Source: Octopus sinensis (Eukaryota). From it: a stretch of DNA of 64,000 bases. The notes beneath the pieces are model-generated. The model saw only the letters and a program-made list of their open reading frames with translations. It searched no databases and had not been told where the DNA came from. The position numbers were made by a program, and so were the translations under genes. The stretch covers positions 95,542,001 through 95,606,000 of the forward strand of contig NC_043005.1 of assembly GCF_006345805.1 (NCBI RefSeq), in the 5' to 3' direction. Shown here one piece after another: positions 45,346 to 59,038 of this stretch (positions are counted from its first letter, which is position 1; every line of letters starts with the position of its first letter).

Positions 45346-47050
45346 TTTCTCTTGCACACACACACATATATACACATATATATATATAAATATACCTGTT
45401 TATGTTTGTGTCCCCAGCCTCAGTATGGTGGTTTTTTTGCATCCCTGTAATTTAAGAATTCAGCAAAAAAGACTAATAGAATAAGTACCAGATTTTAAAA
45501 AAGAAAATGTACTGGGATTAATTTATTCAAATAAATCCCTCAAGGCAGTGCCCAGCAGGCCACAGCCCAGAGAAACATATAAATGACAAAAAAGAAAAGG
45601 TACATCTTATGTACAAAGCATAATATTTGAGTATATTTGAGTCTTTCCTACTTCACCCCTCCTCTGACTCTCTTCTTCCCCTCTCTCTCTCTCTCACACA
45701 CACACACAACCCATTTATATCCTATATTTTCATTTTCATTAATTCTTTCTCCATCTTTCTCTCTCTCACACACACATACACACTCTTCACATCTCCACTT
45801 TATCTCCTCATACCCGCCTCTTCTCCGCGTTCATATCTTCTCCATTACTATCCTATATTCCACATTCGATATGGTATGTGTTCCCTACTTTTTTAATCAG
45901 ATATATTAACTGTCACTTATGTGGTTATATCTTAGGAGTGTTTTATCGATTTTTATCTCACTGTTTATATCTTGATACTCATCTGCAATAATACCATATA
46001 TAAATATACATACAGCTGTACTCTTGCATTAGTCTTATTTATAAACATTTGTATACATGTGTGTATAGATACATGTGTGTGTGTGTGTAATTCTATTTTG
46101 GAACAGTGAAACTTGAGGCAAATAAAGCTATATATGATTGCATATAAATATTGGGCTAAAACAGCTTTTCTAACAAAAAGGGATTTTTAAACCTAATATA
46201 GACAGGTTATTATGTATATATATAAATGTGTGTGTGTGTGTCTGTATGTTTATCATCCCACCAGCACTTGACAACTGGTGTTGGTTTCTTTTCATTATGT
46301 CCCAATAACTTAGCAGTTCGGTATAAGAAACCAATAGAATAAGTACCAGACTTTAGCAAAATGTAATTACTGAGGCCATTTTGTTTGATTAACCCTCCAA
46401 GGTGATGCCCCAGCATGGCCTCAGTCCAGTGACTGAAACAAGCAAAAGCTAAAAGATATACGGATAGGGCATGGCCAAACGGTTAAGAAGTTTTGTCCAG
46501 TATGGCACCTTGGAGCAAATGTCATTTACCATAGTCTCAAGCTCATTCAAGCCTTGTGGGTGAAACTGGGTTGACGGAAGCTGTTTGAGGGGTTTTAGCT
46601 GCAATTTAAAGGCTCAGCTTAGTCACACAATGTGTCATGCTGATTCTGTCTTGTGGAATACCCAGCTAATTTAATGAATAGTGGTTCAGTTGATCAAATA
46701 AACAAATACTCATCATCCAAGTCAACAGAGAGCCATTTACTTTTATATAAACACTCAAGTTTCTTTTAAACTGTAGTTATTATTATAGTTAACTGTATTG
46801 AGAGTTGGTTGTATAATAGTTAGCTGATTAGATACTAACCATCAAGCCATGAAGTGACAGGATCATTAGAGCATGAAATATAATACTTTGCAGTAATTGT
46901 TTTGATTCTCTTCGTTGATGGAGACCTCTCAGTGGTAATGCATCCTTCCATGTGGCCCGACCCGAACGCTAGAAATAGCAGCTGCTTTTCCCCTACCTTG
47001 ACAAAGCGCTCACATGTCCAACTCAGTCAGCTACCCCGATCAAAAAAGGT

Positions 47051-47141
47051 CCAATCCTCTCCTGCCTGCACGCGCATCACCCCTGCCCTTTCCTCTTCCG
47101 GTCATCCCCAAGTTCCGGTCAGCTCCCAGCTGCTGACGTCA
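47051..47141. promoter_or_regulatory. Cluster of promoter-type motifs
   Basis: CCAAT (47051), NRF1-like TGCACGCGCA (47067), ETS-like CTTCCGGT (47095) and TTCCGGT (47113), palindromic CRE TGACGTCA (47134). Motif evidence only. Confidence 0.3.
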
Positions 47142-47535
47142 TCCCACATTCTCATCACTCTTGTGTTCAAATCTTGCTGAAGTCACCTTTGCCTTTCATC
47201 CTTTTGGGTAGGACTGGGGTCAAGGAAAAAATACAAAACAATGCAATGGATTGGTAGAACTATCAGAACATTGGACTGAAAATCTTATGGTATTTATTTC
47301 AGTTCTTTGCATTCTGAGTTCAAATCCTACCATGATTGATTTAATATGTTGCCTGGTTTAACACTGCCACCTGGCATTGCAATCATTCAGATCAGGCCTC
47401 CTGTTTCAGTATACCTTCTTCATTTCCTTCTACTAGTCTTGAACACCCTGTAAAAAGGGTTGTGAGCAATGTCTTCCTGACTAAAGACTTTTTAAAAACT
47501 AAAGCAAGAGAAATGTTTGCTTTATTTCCATTTGT

Positions 47536-47755
47536 TTAACCCTTTTAGCATTTAAAACAGCCAAAAGTACTCTGCCTGTTTTGTGTTCAAACTGGCTAGA
47601 TCTGGTCTCTCACACCAACCCTACAATATTGTTTTAAAAATTAACAGCTTCCTCATCAAAATCTCATAGCTACAAGATAATGCATGAGTAATTCAAAACA
47701 ATTTGGATAAAAAAGCATTAATTTTGGTAGAATAATGCGAACACTAAAGGGTTAA
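47536..47755. mobile_element. piggyBac-type (TTAA) MITE
   Basis: TTAA|CCCTTTTAGCA...CACTAAAGGG|TTAA termini. Confidence 0.8.
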
Positions 47756-48347
47756 TATTCTTTTGGTCAAGCCTTGTTTTAGATTATGTTTTAACATGGG
47801 AGGGTGTACAGTACATATCAAATGCAGCTCTATTATAGAGTAATGAAATAGAATTAAAAAAATAAAGAAAAATTATGCATTTATTAAAAAACAAATGGCA
47901 ACTGACTCTAAAGTGAGATTTGAAATACAATCAAGAATGACACCATTTCGTGTATGTAGTCTAATCGACACCATTGGCCCTCCTTACTTGTCAAGTTTTA
48001 TTTTATTTTATTACTTTTTTATTTTGTGGCATTACATTTTTGTTTTTACATTATATATCCATATGGCAGCTAAAGGAAGGCCTAGAGGGAAATTGAAAAA
48101 TACATCAAGAGATTGTATATGATAATTGTTTATAAATATCAAGAGGTTTAAAACATAGAATGTTTATTGTTGCTTAAAGTGTTACAACTTTCAGCCTTCT
48201 CAAAACTCTGTAGTTTGGGAAACACAGAAGTGACCTTCAGCAAAAATTTAAGTGGCTACTTATGTCTTTATCAATGTTCCTCAATGTTTATAAGTAAGTC
48301 CTTGAAGCAAGGAACATAAAAATAAAATATTCTCAAAGTACTTGCAC

Positions 48348-48393
<46 letters not shown>

Positions 48394-50126
48394 ATGGGTG
48401 ACAAAGTCGATAGAGTACAGAACAACTGACCTAGAAGTGAGTGGTTCACATCCTGTCACAGACACTGCTTTGTGTGTCTGATTGATTTATATGATTCTCA
48501 AGCCCAGCCATACGAATTTGTATCTCAGTTTTAAAAGAACTTGTCACTGTCAACAGTGACAGTATTGTAAAACCAGTGAGTGTTTCATCAGCTTGTAGTG
48601 CTGTTTTTCAGTTCTTGTCACAGAAAAGCTCACCTGCTATCCTGTCTGAGGATAGGAAGATTTGTATCTCATCTATTTAATCTATAATATAAATTGGACA
48701 TGGGCAATCATTGTATTCTTTCTTGTCTTGAGGTTCACACCTAAACGACTTGGTGGATTCACGTGAAAAATGGCACACATGTGGAGACGGGTGCAAAGAT
48801 TGGAATGTGGTTTGTATTTTTCTCCTAGCCCCCATAGTTACCAAGAAAATCGATTAAAACATTTTCTAATGGAATTCTCCTCTTTCTTCCATCATTAAAA
48901 CAACCAGTTGCTTAGAAGCTGTCTTCTGACGGCGTGGGGTCAGGAAATATTCATACAACTGGAGGCTCCAATCAAAACAGGGGACGCAAAATGATAAGTT
49001 TGAGAAATGCTGTTATAGATTATGCCTAACTGAAAACGATCACAGCCACATCATCCAAACAAACCGAGTGAAACCGGGCTTAGCTGCTAGTAAACTGGAG
49101 ATAAATACCACTATGGCAAGTTGCAAAAGACTTGTATATAACTGTTAAAGCACTGGTCCCCAAAGTCTTTTGCACTGTGGGGGATCACATGCATAAAAAA
49201 ACACACTAAAGTGTATAATCTATAATTTAATTATTACAGATATCTAATACATATATAATGCAAAAATACTGAGGACTGCAATAGTTTAATAAAATAGAAA
49301 TAAAATTTTAAAATTTATTCTTTCTGTGTAGTCTGGTACCAAATGATCCATGAACTGGTACAAGTCTGTGACTTGGTGTTTGGGGATCCCTATTATGTTA
49401 AAGGACATACATTTAATTGGGAAATGACTTGCATTTATAACTATTAAAGTGTCATCTGTCATGCTTACATACAGGACCAACATTAAAGGATATTCCAGTT
49501 TAAAGAAGTGGATTGGCAGAATTGTTTAAATGTCTCACAGGAATGTTTTGTGGTACTTAATTAAGCCGGGATTTTATAGTCTGAGTTCTTGGATGGTACA
49601 CTTAACCTGTTGCCTAGTTTAGTAGCAGCACCTAGTCTTTAGGTAGGTACTGTTATCAGAACAAACAGTGATAAGTGAATCAGTAATAAATGAAGGTAGA
49701 CGTACTCAATTGTATGACATTAATCGTTTTCAAAGCCCTGTAGTAAAATTTAAAAAAAAAAAATATTATAAAATTGTTCCTGCCGTTGTTGTTGTTGTTG
49801 TTAATGTTCGTCAATGTAAGTACCATTGTCAGTAGTTCTAAATAAAGCGTGTGGTGTAATTAAGTTTTGAGTGGTTTCTGAGTCTGTGCGTGTGTATGTG
49901 TTTAAGAATTGTGTTTGCTTATACATATATGTATATATGTATTTGCATGTATGTGTTTATGAATTATTTGTTGCTTCTTTTGTTTCATTTCCTAACAATT
50001 TTCCCCAACATGTCATTAACACATACTGGGTGTACTAAATGACCCTTCGTCAGAAAATCACTATTCATTTTTGAATTACCCAGCTATTATGCAGTCAGTC
50101 CATTACATAGCTACATACATAAATTC

Positions 50127-50178
<52 letters not shown>

Positions 50179-50318
50179 CTTTAATTTATAGTTTAATTTA
50201 TATATATATATATATATATATTAAAGTTTTATATTTTAAAGGAAAGTTCCTTATAAAATTCTTTGCTTATCGATGAAATACTTCAGTTTTGTTATTGTTC
50301 TGTTTCCTGTCTTTGCAG

Positions 50319-50426
50319 GGAGGCTTTGCACAATGTTACGAGTTGATCGATTGCAATACAAATATAGTATACGCTGGAAAGATTATCCCGCATTCACGGA
50401 TAGCAAAAGGAAATCAAAAACAGAAG
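50319..50426 (+). CDS. PLK2: Polo-like kinase (PLK2/PLK3-type) kinase-domain exon
   Basis: tgtttcctgtctttgcag|[36 protein letters not shown]|gtgagt; 108 nt, phase 0/0. Contains the glycine-rich loop end and the catalytic Lys. KIIPHSR is PLK2-like rather than PLK1 (KIVPKS). The subfamily call is less certain than the family call. Confidence 0.88.
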
Positions 50427-50813
50427 GTGAGTGTGCATTTCCTAAATTGTATTGGTAGAATTGTTTGCATTGGCAGCATAAGAAATGTTTTGGCTCATTT
50501 GCAAAGTAGAGTGGGGGTAGGGTTTGATTTTTCAACTGTCTTTATGTTTTATATATATACGTTTCTCTCTGCTGTTCAGACAGGATATTGATCAGTAAAT
50601 TTATTTGTTATGAGGATGCGGTCAGCATCTTAATCCACTAAGCTACATTTGAGCCAACAAAGGGAATTTGTAAACTTGTAAGAGGTCACTCAGCCTTTGA
50701 TCATTGGCCTATTTGTTTTCTCTCAAGGTTGACCTATGGCCAAACAACATCATGGCTGAATTCTTGCAAAAGTAGTAATCTAAAGAAGAATATTCATGGT
50801 CTTCCTAAGATCT

Positions 50814-51029
50814 ACCTATTTCTTTACTACCCCCAGAAGGGACAAACAAGGACAGTCAAACAGATTAAGTCGATTACATCGATCTCAGTGCGTAACTGGT
50901 ACTTAATTTATCGACCCCAAAAGGATGAAAGGCAAAGTCGACCTTGGCGGAATTTGAACTCAGAACGTAATGGCAGGCGAAATACGGCTACGTATTTCAC
51001 CCAGCGTACTAACGTTTCTGCCAGCTCGC
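50814..51029 (-). mobile_element. tRNA-derived SINE, family A, with 13-bp TSD
   Basis: Flanked by cttcctaagatct at 50801-50813 and 51030-51042. Confidence 0.9.
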
Positions 51030-51295
51030 CTTCCTAAGATCTTCCTGTGTGGTTTAAGAAGCTAGCTTTGTAAACACATGGCTTCAGGTTCCGTTGTATT
51101 GTGTGGCACTTTGGGCAAGTATCTTGTCCTATCAGCCCTAGGCTGACCAATGCATTGGGAATGAATTTGATAGAGAGAAAACAGTGCAAACCTCTGTGCG
51201 CATGTGTGTGCGTGTGTGTGTTCTATTGTGAGTGCTGAATTGTAAGAAATAGGCTCCCAGTTAAGTAAGTTTTAAGATTGGTTTCCCTTTCATCA

Positions 51296-51625
51296 TCATC
51301 ATCATCATCATTTAATGTCCGCTTTCCATGCTAGCATGGGTTGGACGATTTGACTGAGGTCTGGTGAACCAGACTCCAATCTGATCTGGCAGAGTTTCTA
51401 CAGCTGGATGCCCTTCCTAATGCCAACCACTCCAAGAGTGTAGTGGGTGCTTTTACATGCCACCAGCATGGGGCCAGTTTAGTGGTACTGGCAACGGCCA
51501 TGCCCAAATGGTGCTTTTTACGTGCCACCTGCACAGGAGCCAGTCCAGCAGCACTGGCGACGACCTCGCTCGAATGTTTCACATGCCACCAGCACAAGTG
51601 CTAGTAAGGCAACACGGTAATGATC
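51296..51625 (-). mobile_element. RTE-clade LINE 3' end
   Basis: (ATC)n followed by the reverse complement of the family 3' UTR. Confidence 0.8.
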
Positions 51626-53379
51626 ACCTTCTATATCTCATTCTAGTTCTGTCTATTTGCTAAAGCCCATCAAAAATACATCATAAGTGTAGCATCAAGT
51701 CTCTTTCTAAGCTGAACTCAGCTGTGTTAATTTCCCCATTGATGGCTACTGTCACTCATCACAAATATGCAATATTGATGTCAAAGCAAACTTACAGCAA
51801 CAATTCAAGTCTGTGGTTTCATGTGTTGAAATGAAAATGTCTGGATACAAATGTCCAGGTATCAATTTGCTTTTGATCATTTACAAAATGATGAGCCCTA
51901 TGGTTGCAAGGTTATGTGTTTCTAAGTGATTTTCAATAGACACATCCTGTTTTAAAGAATACTGACAGAGCTGAGAAAGAGTTGCTATTGTGAATGTTAA
52001 GATCCATTCTTCATTTTGAAAGACTGTGACAAAACCGAAATGCATAAATAAAAGGTATGTGACTGCAAAATGGTGAGCGCTGTGACTGGAATGGTTTTCT
52101 CCTTTATGTTGATGAAAGAAAGGAATAAGTGGGCTCTAATGATTGAGTCTCCAAATGAGATTACATAGATTGAAGTGGCATCACTACCATCATCATCATT
52201 GTACCAAGAATTAAACAAACATCCATTATTCCACACTAACTTTCACCCTTGTTCAGTTATAATTTCCAGTTTGAGTAGTTTTCACAAATGACATTCAATA
52301 ATTCCTAATGCCTATTATTGAGTCAAGTCGGCAGGCCTGTTTCTCCTGATTATGGACAACTGCAACAGTGTGTTGCAGGTATACTGGCAATGTCAAAAAA
52401 ATTCCCTAGCATTGTATACACTGTAGTTTTTTTTTCAGTCAAAGCTTTCATAACTTTTTGTATTATTCAGATAAAACAGTTAAATATATATATATATATG
52501 ACTTGGTGAAGTCATTGCTTAATGGAGAGACATTTCGTTGCTGGACTTACATAGCATAAAGACTCTCAGTTTGTTGTTTAACTCAACAGAACAAGAAAGT
52601 TTTTCAAAGATGAGTTAAATGAATTTTAAAATTTCATCCATTTGCAATGGCATCATCCTGCAACAAATTGAAAATGTAGACGAGACCTTACTGACCTTTG
52701 ACATCCCTTTATACACAAAATTTATTTTACAGTGTTACATTTCACCATTTATTCTTGCAAGCATGGATTTATAAAATTTCTCCAATAATTTTATCGTACA
52801 TGTTAAAAAAATGTCTTTGGCGTTAAGAAATTTTAAACGTTAGACATTCAAGATCTAGCAAAATGTTTTTGTCTTTAATTAAAAAAAAAATTATTTAAAA
52901 TTTTTTGTTAGGAAATTTTTTTATTCAGAATTTTAATATTTTGAAACATAACATTTCAAATTTTCAAAAAGTAAAAAAAGATAAAAATTAAGCCTCTTTA
53001 CACTGTGTTTCATCTGTAATTTCAAGGAATATAAACTGAATTGAAATTGTATTTATAGTACAAATTTCTGTCTAGATGGGAAAAGAAAACAAAAAAACAA
53101 AACAAGCAAAACACAAAAAATGTTTTATTGCTTCCATTGTCACTTTTTATTATCTGATTTTACTTCATATCAACAAAATGATCAAAATTTTGTTAGACAT
53201 TGATGGATATGATCTCCAGTGTGGGCAACCATGCATGGTTGCTATCATAAATACTGTATTCACCATCAGTATAAAATTTACATCTTATGAAATATATTGA
53301 ACATACGATATATCACCGCTATCATAGAAACATTTAGCATTATTATTGTGATTTAAACTGTTTATTATATATACATGTA

Positions 53380-53798
53380 TGAAGGCCTTGACTGGCTTCT
53401 GTGCCAGTGGTACATGACCTGCTGTGCTTGAGGAGACCTACTGAGTCAAGTACATCAACATCAAAATAAATATCAAATGGAAATTGTAGTTGTGATACCT
53501 GTGCCAAGCACCATCTGAATGTGGCCAATGCCAGCACTGCCTTGACTGGCTTCTGTGCCGGTGGCACGTAAAAAGCACCAACCGATCATGGCCACTGCCA
53601 GCTTACCCTGGTACCTGTGCCAGTGGCACGTAAAAACACTCATGGAGTGGCTGGCGTTAGGAAGGGCATCCAGCTGTAGAAACACTGCCAGATCAGACTG
53701 GAGCCTGGTGCAGCCTCCTGGCTTCCCAGACCCCGGTCGAACCATCCAACCCATGCTAGAAAACGGATGCTAAACAATGCTGATGATGATGATGATGA
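53380..53798 (+). mobile_element. RTE-clade LINE 3' end
   Basis: Family 3' UTR with subrepeats and a (GAT)n tail. Confidence 0.8.
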
Positions 53799-54087
53799 AG
53801 GCTTTGTGGTTAGGGTATTTTGCTCACAATCATAAGGTCATAAGTTCAATACCCACAGGCATGTTGTGTTCTTGAGCAAGATGCCTTATTTCATGTTGCT
53901 CCAGTACACTCAGCTGACGAAAATGGGTTGCACATGTGTTTCAAAGGGCCAGCCTTGTCATGCTGAATCTCCCTGGAAACTAGGTTAATAGTATGCACTT
54001 TTACATTACTTTCACGAGCAGTCAGTTTCACTTATCCAATCAACTGGAACCCTCATTGTCATAACCAACAGAGTGCCAGACTGTATA

Positions 54088-54462
54088 TATTGAGTTGTCC
54101 GGAAAGTTCGTGCCGATTTATAGTAGCTTACCTTTCGACTTATTTTAGAACATGGTTGAGTCCATAAAATAGGATTTGACTACACCTCCATTAAGAGCAC
54201 AGTTTAAGCTATCTTTTCGTAGAAGAGGGTTTATGTTCCTATAACCTGTGTTAAATTTGTAACCCTTTAAAATGGAAGATAAGAAAGTTCATTTTTGGCA
54301 CTTGATGCTTTGGGAACCAGACAAAAATTGCTGCAGCTTGGCTGGGATGTGTTACCCCACCCTCCATATTCACCAGATATTGCTCCTTCAGATTTCCACT
54401 TATTCGCGTCTCTGCAGAATAATGTTAATGGTAAAAATTTCAATTCCTTGGATGTACAAAAA
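54088..54462 (+). mobile_element. Internally deleted mariner transposon
   Basis: TA|ttgagttgtccggaaagttcgtgccgattt left TIR; N-terminal MEDKKVHFWHLML joined directly to C-terminal TRQKLLQLGWDVLPHPPYSPDIAPSDFHLF. No right TIR. Confidence 0.85.
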
Positions 54463-54543
54463 TTTGAAACCATTATTAATGGGGGTGGGGGATGTTGGTA
54501 GTGATAGTAGTAGCAGTAGCAGCAGCAGCAGCAGTAGTAGCAA

Positions 54544-54598
<55 letters not shown>

Positions 54599-56111
54599 TA
54601 TTTGCTAATTATGATGGTGTGATAAAGAGAACCAATTTTAAGTCAATCTCTAATATTCACTAATATTATTGTAATTATTTTGGCAAGTACAAGGTGGCAG
54701 TTTCCTCCTCTTCTACTTTCCACTAACGACGTGCCACCCCCACCCCCAACTGTAATTTTTTTTTTTCTAGTATTACCTGTGGATATTACTGCCAATACCT
54801 TAATTTTCACAGTTTCCATCCTTTCTGAATAACATCCAACATGGTGACAGCTGTGATGCATTTGATCATAAGGTCTCCTGATTCGGGCCCCTCCCCCCCC
54901 CCGAGCAAAGAACGGAGAGGGGAGTGGGTGGGGAATAAACAACAGCAACAGCTGAAAAAGAAAGTTAAAACAGCCCTGGCACATGGGTATGGCTACATAC
55001 ATTACATACCTTACCTTCATGCCCCAGTGGGTTCCTTTCCTGCTAAGCACCTTTCTATTGTACCAAGCTACTCACCTACCAACTTACCTATATTCCAGTC
55101 CACCTTTCATAACTTCCCAATGTTTTAACCTTGTCTAAAAAAAGAAAATTTTTTAATAAAAAAGAAAAACAAACAAAAAAGAAACCAATCTTATTTCCCC
55201 CTCACCTTATCTAAATATATGTTCATCTACCCCACAACAGAAATATTAACAAAATAGGTGAGAAGGAACAAATGCTTAAAGCAACACACACACACACCCC
55301 ACACAAATTACAATCATCTTGTAACAGGAAGCTACAACATTGGGTACTTCATATTGAACCTAATGAATTTGACCTCCCTCCCTCCTCTACTCCATAACAG
55401 TGTTCACTGACACTCCAACAATACAAGCTCTCTCTCTCTCTCTCCCTCTCCTTCTCTCTCTCTGTCTCTCCCCCCTCCCCATATGACAAAGAAAATAACA
55501 ACACTACAGGTGCCTTAAGTTCCAGTTGTTTTGCTTTCATCATCACCCTTTAGAATCATGACAACAACCTATTGACCTGTCATCTCTTAAACAATAAGAT
55601 CAGGCTGTTAACTGTGACAGCCATAGTGTAGAGAAAAAAAATATTAGCAAAGAAAATAGGTATTAGGAATGTGTTGCCTGAGGCTGGGCTTTCCTTTTTG
55701 TTGTTGTTGTTGGTGGTGGTGGTGTTTTGTTTTCTCTTTTGTCATTAGGCCTAGTGTTTTTGTCCCCCCCCTCCTTGACCTGACATTTTCTTTCTTTTCA
55801 TTGGGATCATTTGTAATAACAGGAAGGTGTTTACATTCTGTTGTTATAAACAGACCTTAAGTTTTTAAGGTCACCAAATCCAAATGAACCTTGGGAACTA
55901 AGTCACACTACTAAATAATAAAGAAATATATTTTCCTGTAAGTCTTATGACCCTAAAAATATATATTCTTTCCTTAACATTAAATTATCAAAGTGCAGGG
56001 GTAAGGTGTACTTATTTTAAAAATCTGAAATGTTCACAAAAGATATGGGTTTGTGTCCCTCAGGCAACCTTCACCTTTTTTCCATCCAAAAAGTTTTTTA
56101 ACCCTTTAGCA

Positions 56112-56622
56112 CAAGGGTTCTCAACCATTTTTCATCTATAGACCCCTTTGATTAGTATTTTTTTCTAGTGGACCCCACCATAGTTATTTGGTGTTTAAAA
56201 ACTAGTTTTATAGATTCTTCTTTCAAAATTCCTGTTTTGTTTTTCACACATTAACTTGTGCGGGTTGAACTATATAAAAGAAAGAAACCTAGCTGTTTCT
56301 TGCATTAAATGCCAGCCATGCCGGTGGCACGTAAAAAGCACCCACTACACTCTCGGAGTGGTTGGCGTTAGGAAGGGCATCCAGCTGTAGAAACTCTGCC
56401 GGATCAAAATTGGAGCCTGGTGCAGCCATCTGGTTCGCCAGCCCTCATTCAAACCGTCCAACCCATGCTAGCATGGAAAGCGGACGTTAAACGATGATGA
56501 TGACATATATTTAAAGTAAAGTTTTTTCAGGGGTCCTTAAAATATTATTGTGGATCTCCAGTTTACTATTTTGTTATATGGATCCCCCAAAATTTTATAT
56601 GGACCCCAGTTGAGAACCACTG
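56112..56622. mobile_element. hAT-type MITE
   Basis: TIRs CAAGGGTTCTCAAC and GTTGAGAACCACTG, with tttagca duplicated on both sides. Confidence 0.75.
56311..56503 (+). mobile_element. RTE-clade LINE 3' end inserted in the hAT MITE
   Basis: gccggtggcacgtaaaaagcaccc...cggacgttaaacgatgatgatga. Confidence 0.85.
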
Positions 56623-57875
56623 TTTAGCATTTAAACTGACCATATCTGTTAAGCCAGATCTGGCCTTTCACACTTACCCCATTCTAAAAATAAACAATCA
56701 CATCATTGAAATCCTGAAGCTATGAGAAAATACACGATTAATTGAAAACAACATGAATCAATAAGCATTACATTTGACAGAGTAATCTGAATGCTAAAAG
56801 GTTAACTAAATATTTAAACACTTATTTATAACTTTACCTATTTCATTCAACCATAGAAAAACTTTATCACTGACATTTTTATAAATAATATATGGTGGAT
56901 TGGTTAAGAAGCAAACAAATTAGAATTGCTTAGTTTTCAATAAGAAACTAGAATAAGAAAATACTGTATTCAAACAATGAGGGAGCATCTACATGGTTGC
57001 TCAACCTGCTAGAAAGAACAACTAAATTTCTCAATACTTGTACTACAGTCTTAAAAACAGAGGCAGAATGTACTCGTAGATGCAGTCTGTCTTAAAAAAA
57101 CAAAATGGGATGATTATAGCTGGAATGCTGTGATCATAGGTCTGTGTAGTCAGGGATGTCCTGGGGCTGTATAACAAAAGCTATAGTTGAAAGGAGGATT
57201 AACTGAATAACTAAGGAAAAAAGAAAAGCTTGTGAGAAAAATCTGACAACTGACATGCAAACAGCAACAGAAATGCCTTTTCGCTATTTCCTACATGTTT
57301 TTCATGCAGGAAAACATATTCATATGAAAGCCGTTTGATAGATCTGGATGGAAGATGTGCAAGTATCATGGTGGCCATAGCATTATTCATCATCATCATC
57401 ATCGTCATCACTTAATGTCCACCTTCCAAACAATGAGGATGATGAATTCAGTTTTTGAATAGGTATGTGTAGATTTCTGAAGCACTTTACTTAACCATTT
57501 CAAAGAAGGGTAGACTGCTAAACCCTTCCTCTATGTTTGTGCCACAGCTCTCATATGAATAAGAACCAGATTGAGGGTACAACTAAGATAAACCAGTCTC
57601 ATTAAGAAATTGGTTGAGTGGAAGCTATTCCTGAACAATTGAGTAGAAATGGTAAATAACTGTATCATGCTTTTCACTCAGGGAATATCTTTTCTTTGCT
57701 TCGTTTAGAAGAGACAAGATTCTCTTGTGAGAAAAATTCATATGGTCTAGAAGGGCTCTCAGAATACTGTGTGTGTGTGAGTGTGCTTATATGCATGACT
57801 TCAAATTTGCATTGTATTTATGTGCATACACATTGAAATGTTTATCTTCATTTTGTACTGGCGTCATCATAGTGG

Positions 57876-58275
57876 TACTCTTTTACTTGTTTCAGTCATT
57901 TGACTGTGGCCATGCTGGAGCACCATCTTTAGTTGAGCAAATCGACCCCAGGAATTATTCTTTGTAAGCCTAGTACTTATTCTATCAGTCTCTTTTGCTG
58001 AACCACTAGCTTACTGGGACATAAACACACCAGCATCGGTTGTCAAGCAATGTTGGGAGGACAAACACAGACACAAATATATACACACATACACATATAT
58101 ATACATATATATGACGGGATTCTTTCAGTTTCTGTCTACCAAATCCACTCACAAGGCTTTGGTTGGCCCGAGGCTATAGTAGAAGACACTTGCCCAAGAT
58201 GCCACGCAATGGGACTGAACCTAGAACTATGTGGTTGGTAAGCAACCTACTTACCACACAGCCACTCCTGCGCCT
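57876..58275 (-). mobile_element. tRNA-derived SINE, family B, full length
   Basis: Colinear with the reverse complement of 27898-28298. Confidence 0.9.
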
Positions 58276-58874
58276 ATCTTTATCCTGGTAGATAAAGAGA
58301 TCATTCTGAGTTCAAATCCTCCTGAGATCAACCTTAATTTTTTCATTCTTTCATATTTAAATAAATTAAATACCAGTCAAGAAATGCTTTTTGTTTGTGA
58401 TGAATGGCCATTGTCACTCTGTGCTCCACAACAATTCTGGTGCTGGATTCACAGAATCATTAGAACATTGGTAAAAATGCTCTGTAGTATTTCTTGCAGG
58501 TTTTTATAGTCTGAGTTCAAATTCTCCAAGTCAACTTTACATCCTTTCAGGGTCACTAAAATAAAGTACCAGTCACGTTATGGGTGTCGATCTAATTAAC
58601 TAAGCTGTCCCCATAAAAATGCTGGCCTTGTGCCAAAATTTAAAATCAATAAGGCAGGAAGCTTGTAAAATCATGAACACATCTGAGAAAATGTTTAAAA
58701 GTATTTCTTTTGACTCTTTTTGTTCTGAGTTCAAATAACACCGAGGTTGACTTGGCCTTTCATCCTTTTGAGATTAATAAATAAGCACAGCTTAAGCATT
58801 AGGGGCAATGTAATCAACTAGCCCTCTCCCTTAAAATTTCAGGACTTGTACCTATAGTACATAGGATTATTGCA

Positions 58875-58875
<1 letters not shown>

Positions 58876-58922
<47 letters not shown>

Positions 58923-59038
58923 CTATTACTATTACTATTACTATTATTGATGTTGTTGATGTTGTTGTTGTTGTTGTTGCTGCTGCTGCTGCTGCTGTTG
59001 TTGTTGTTGTTGTTTTTGATGATGATGATGATCATGAT

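Larger units (their letters stand above)
56098..56805. mobile_element. piggyBac-type MITE interrupted by nested insertions
   Basis: TTAA|CCCTTTAGCA at 56098 and ...AATGCTAAAAGG|TTAA at 56805; the body resumes at 56623. Confidence 0.8.
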
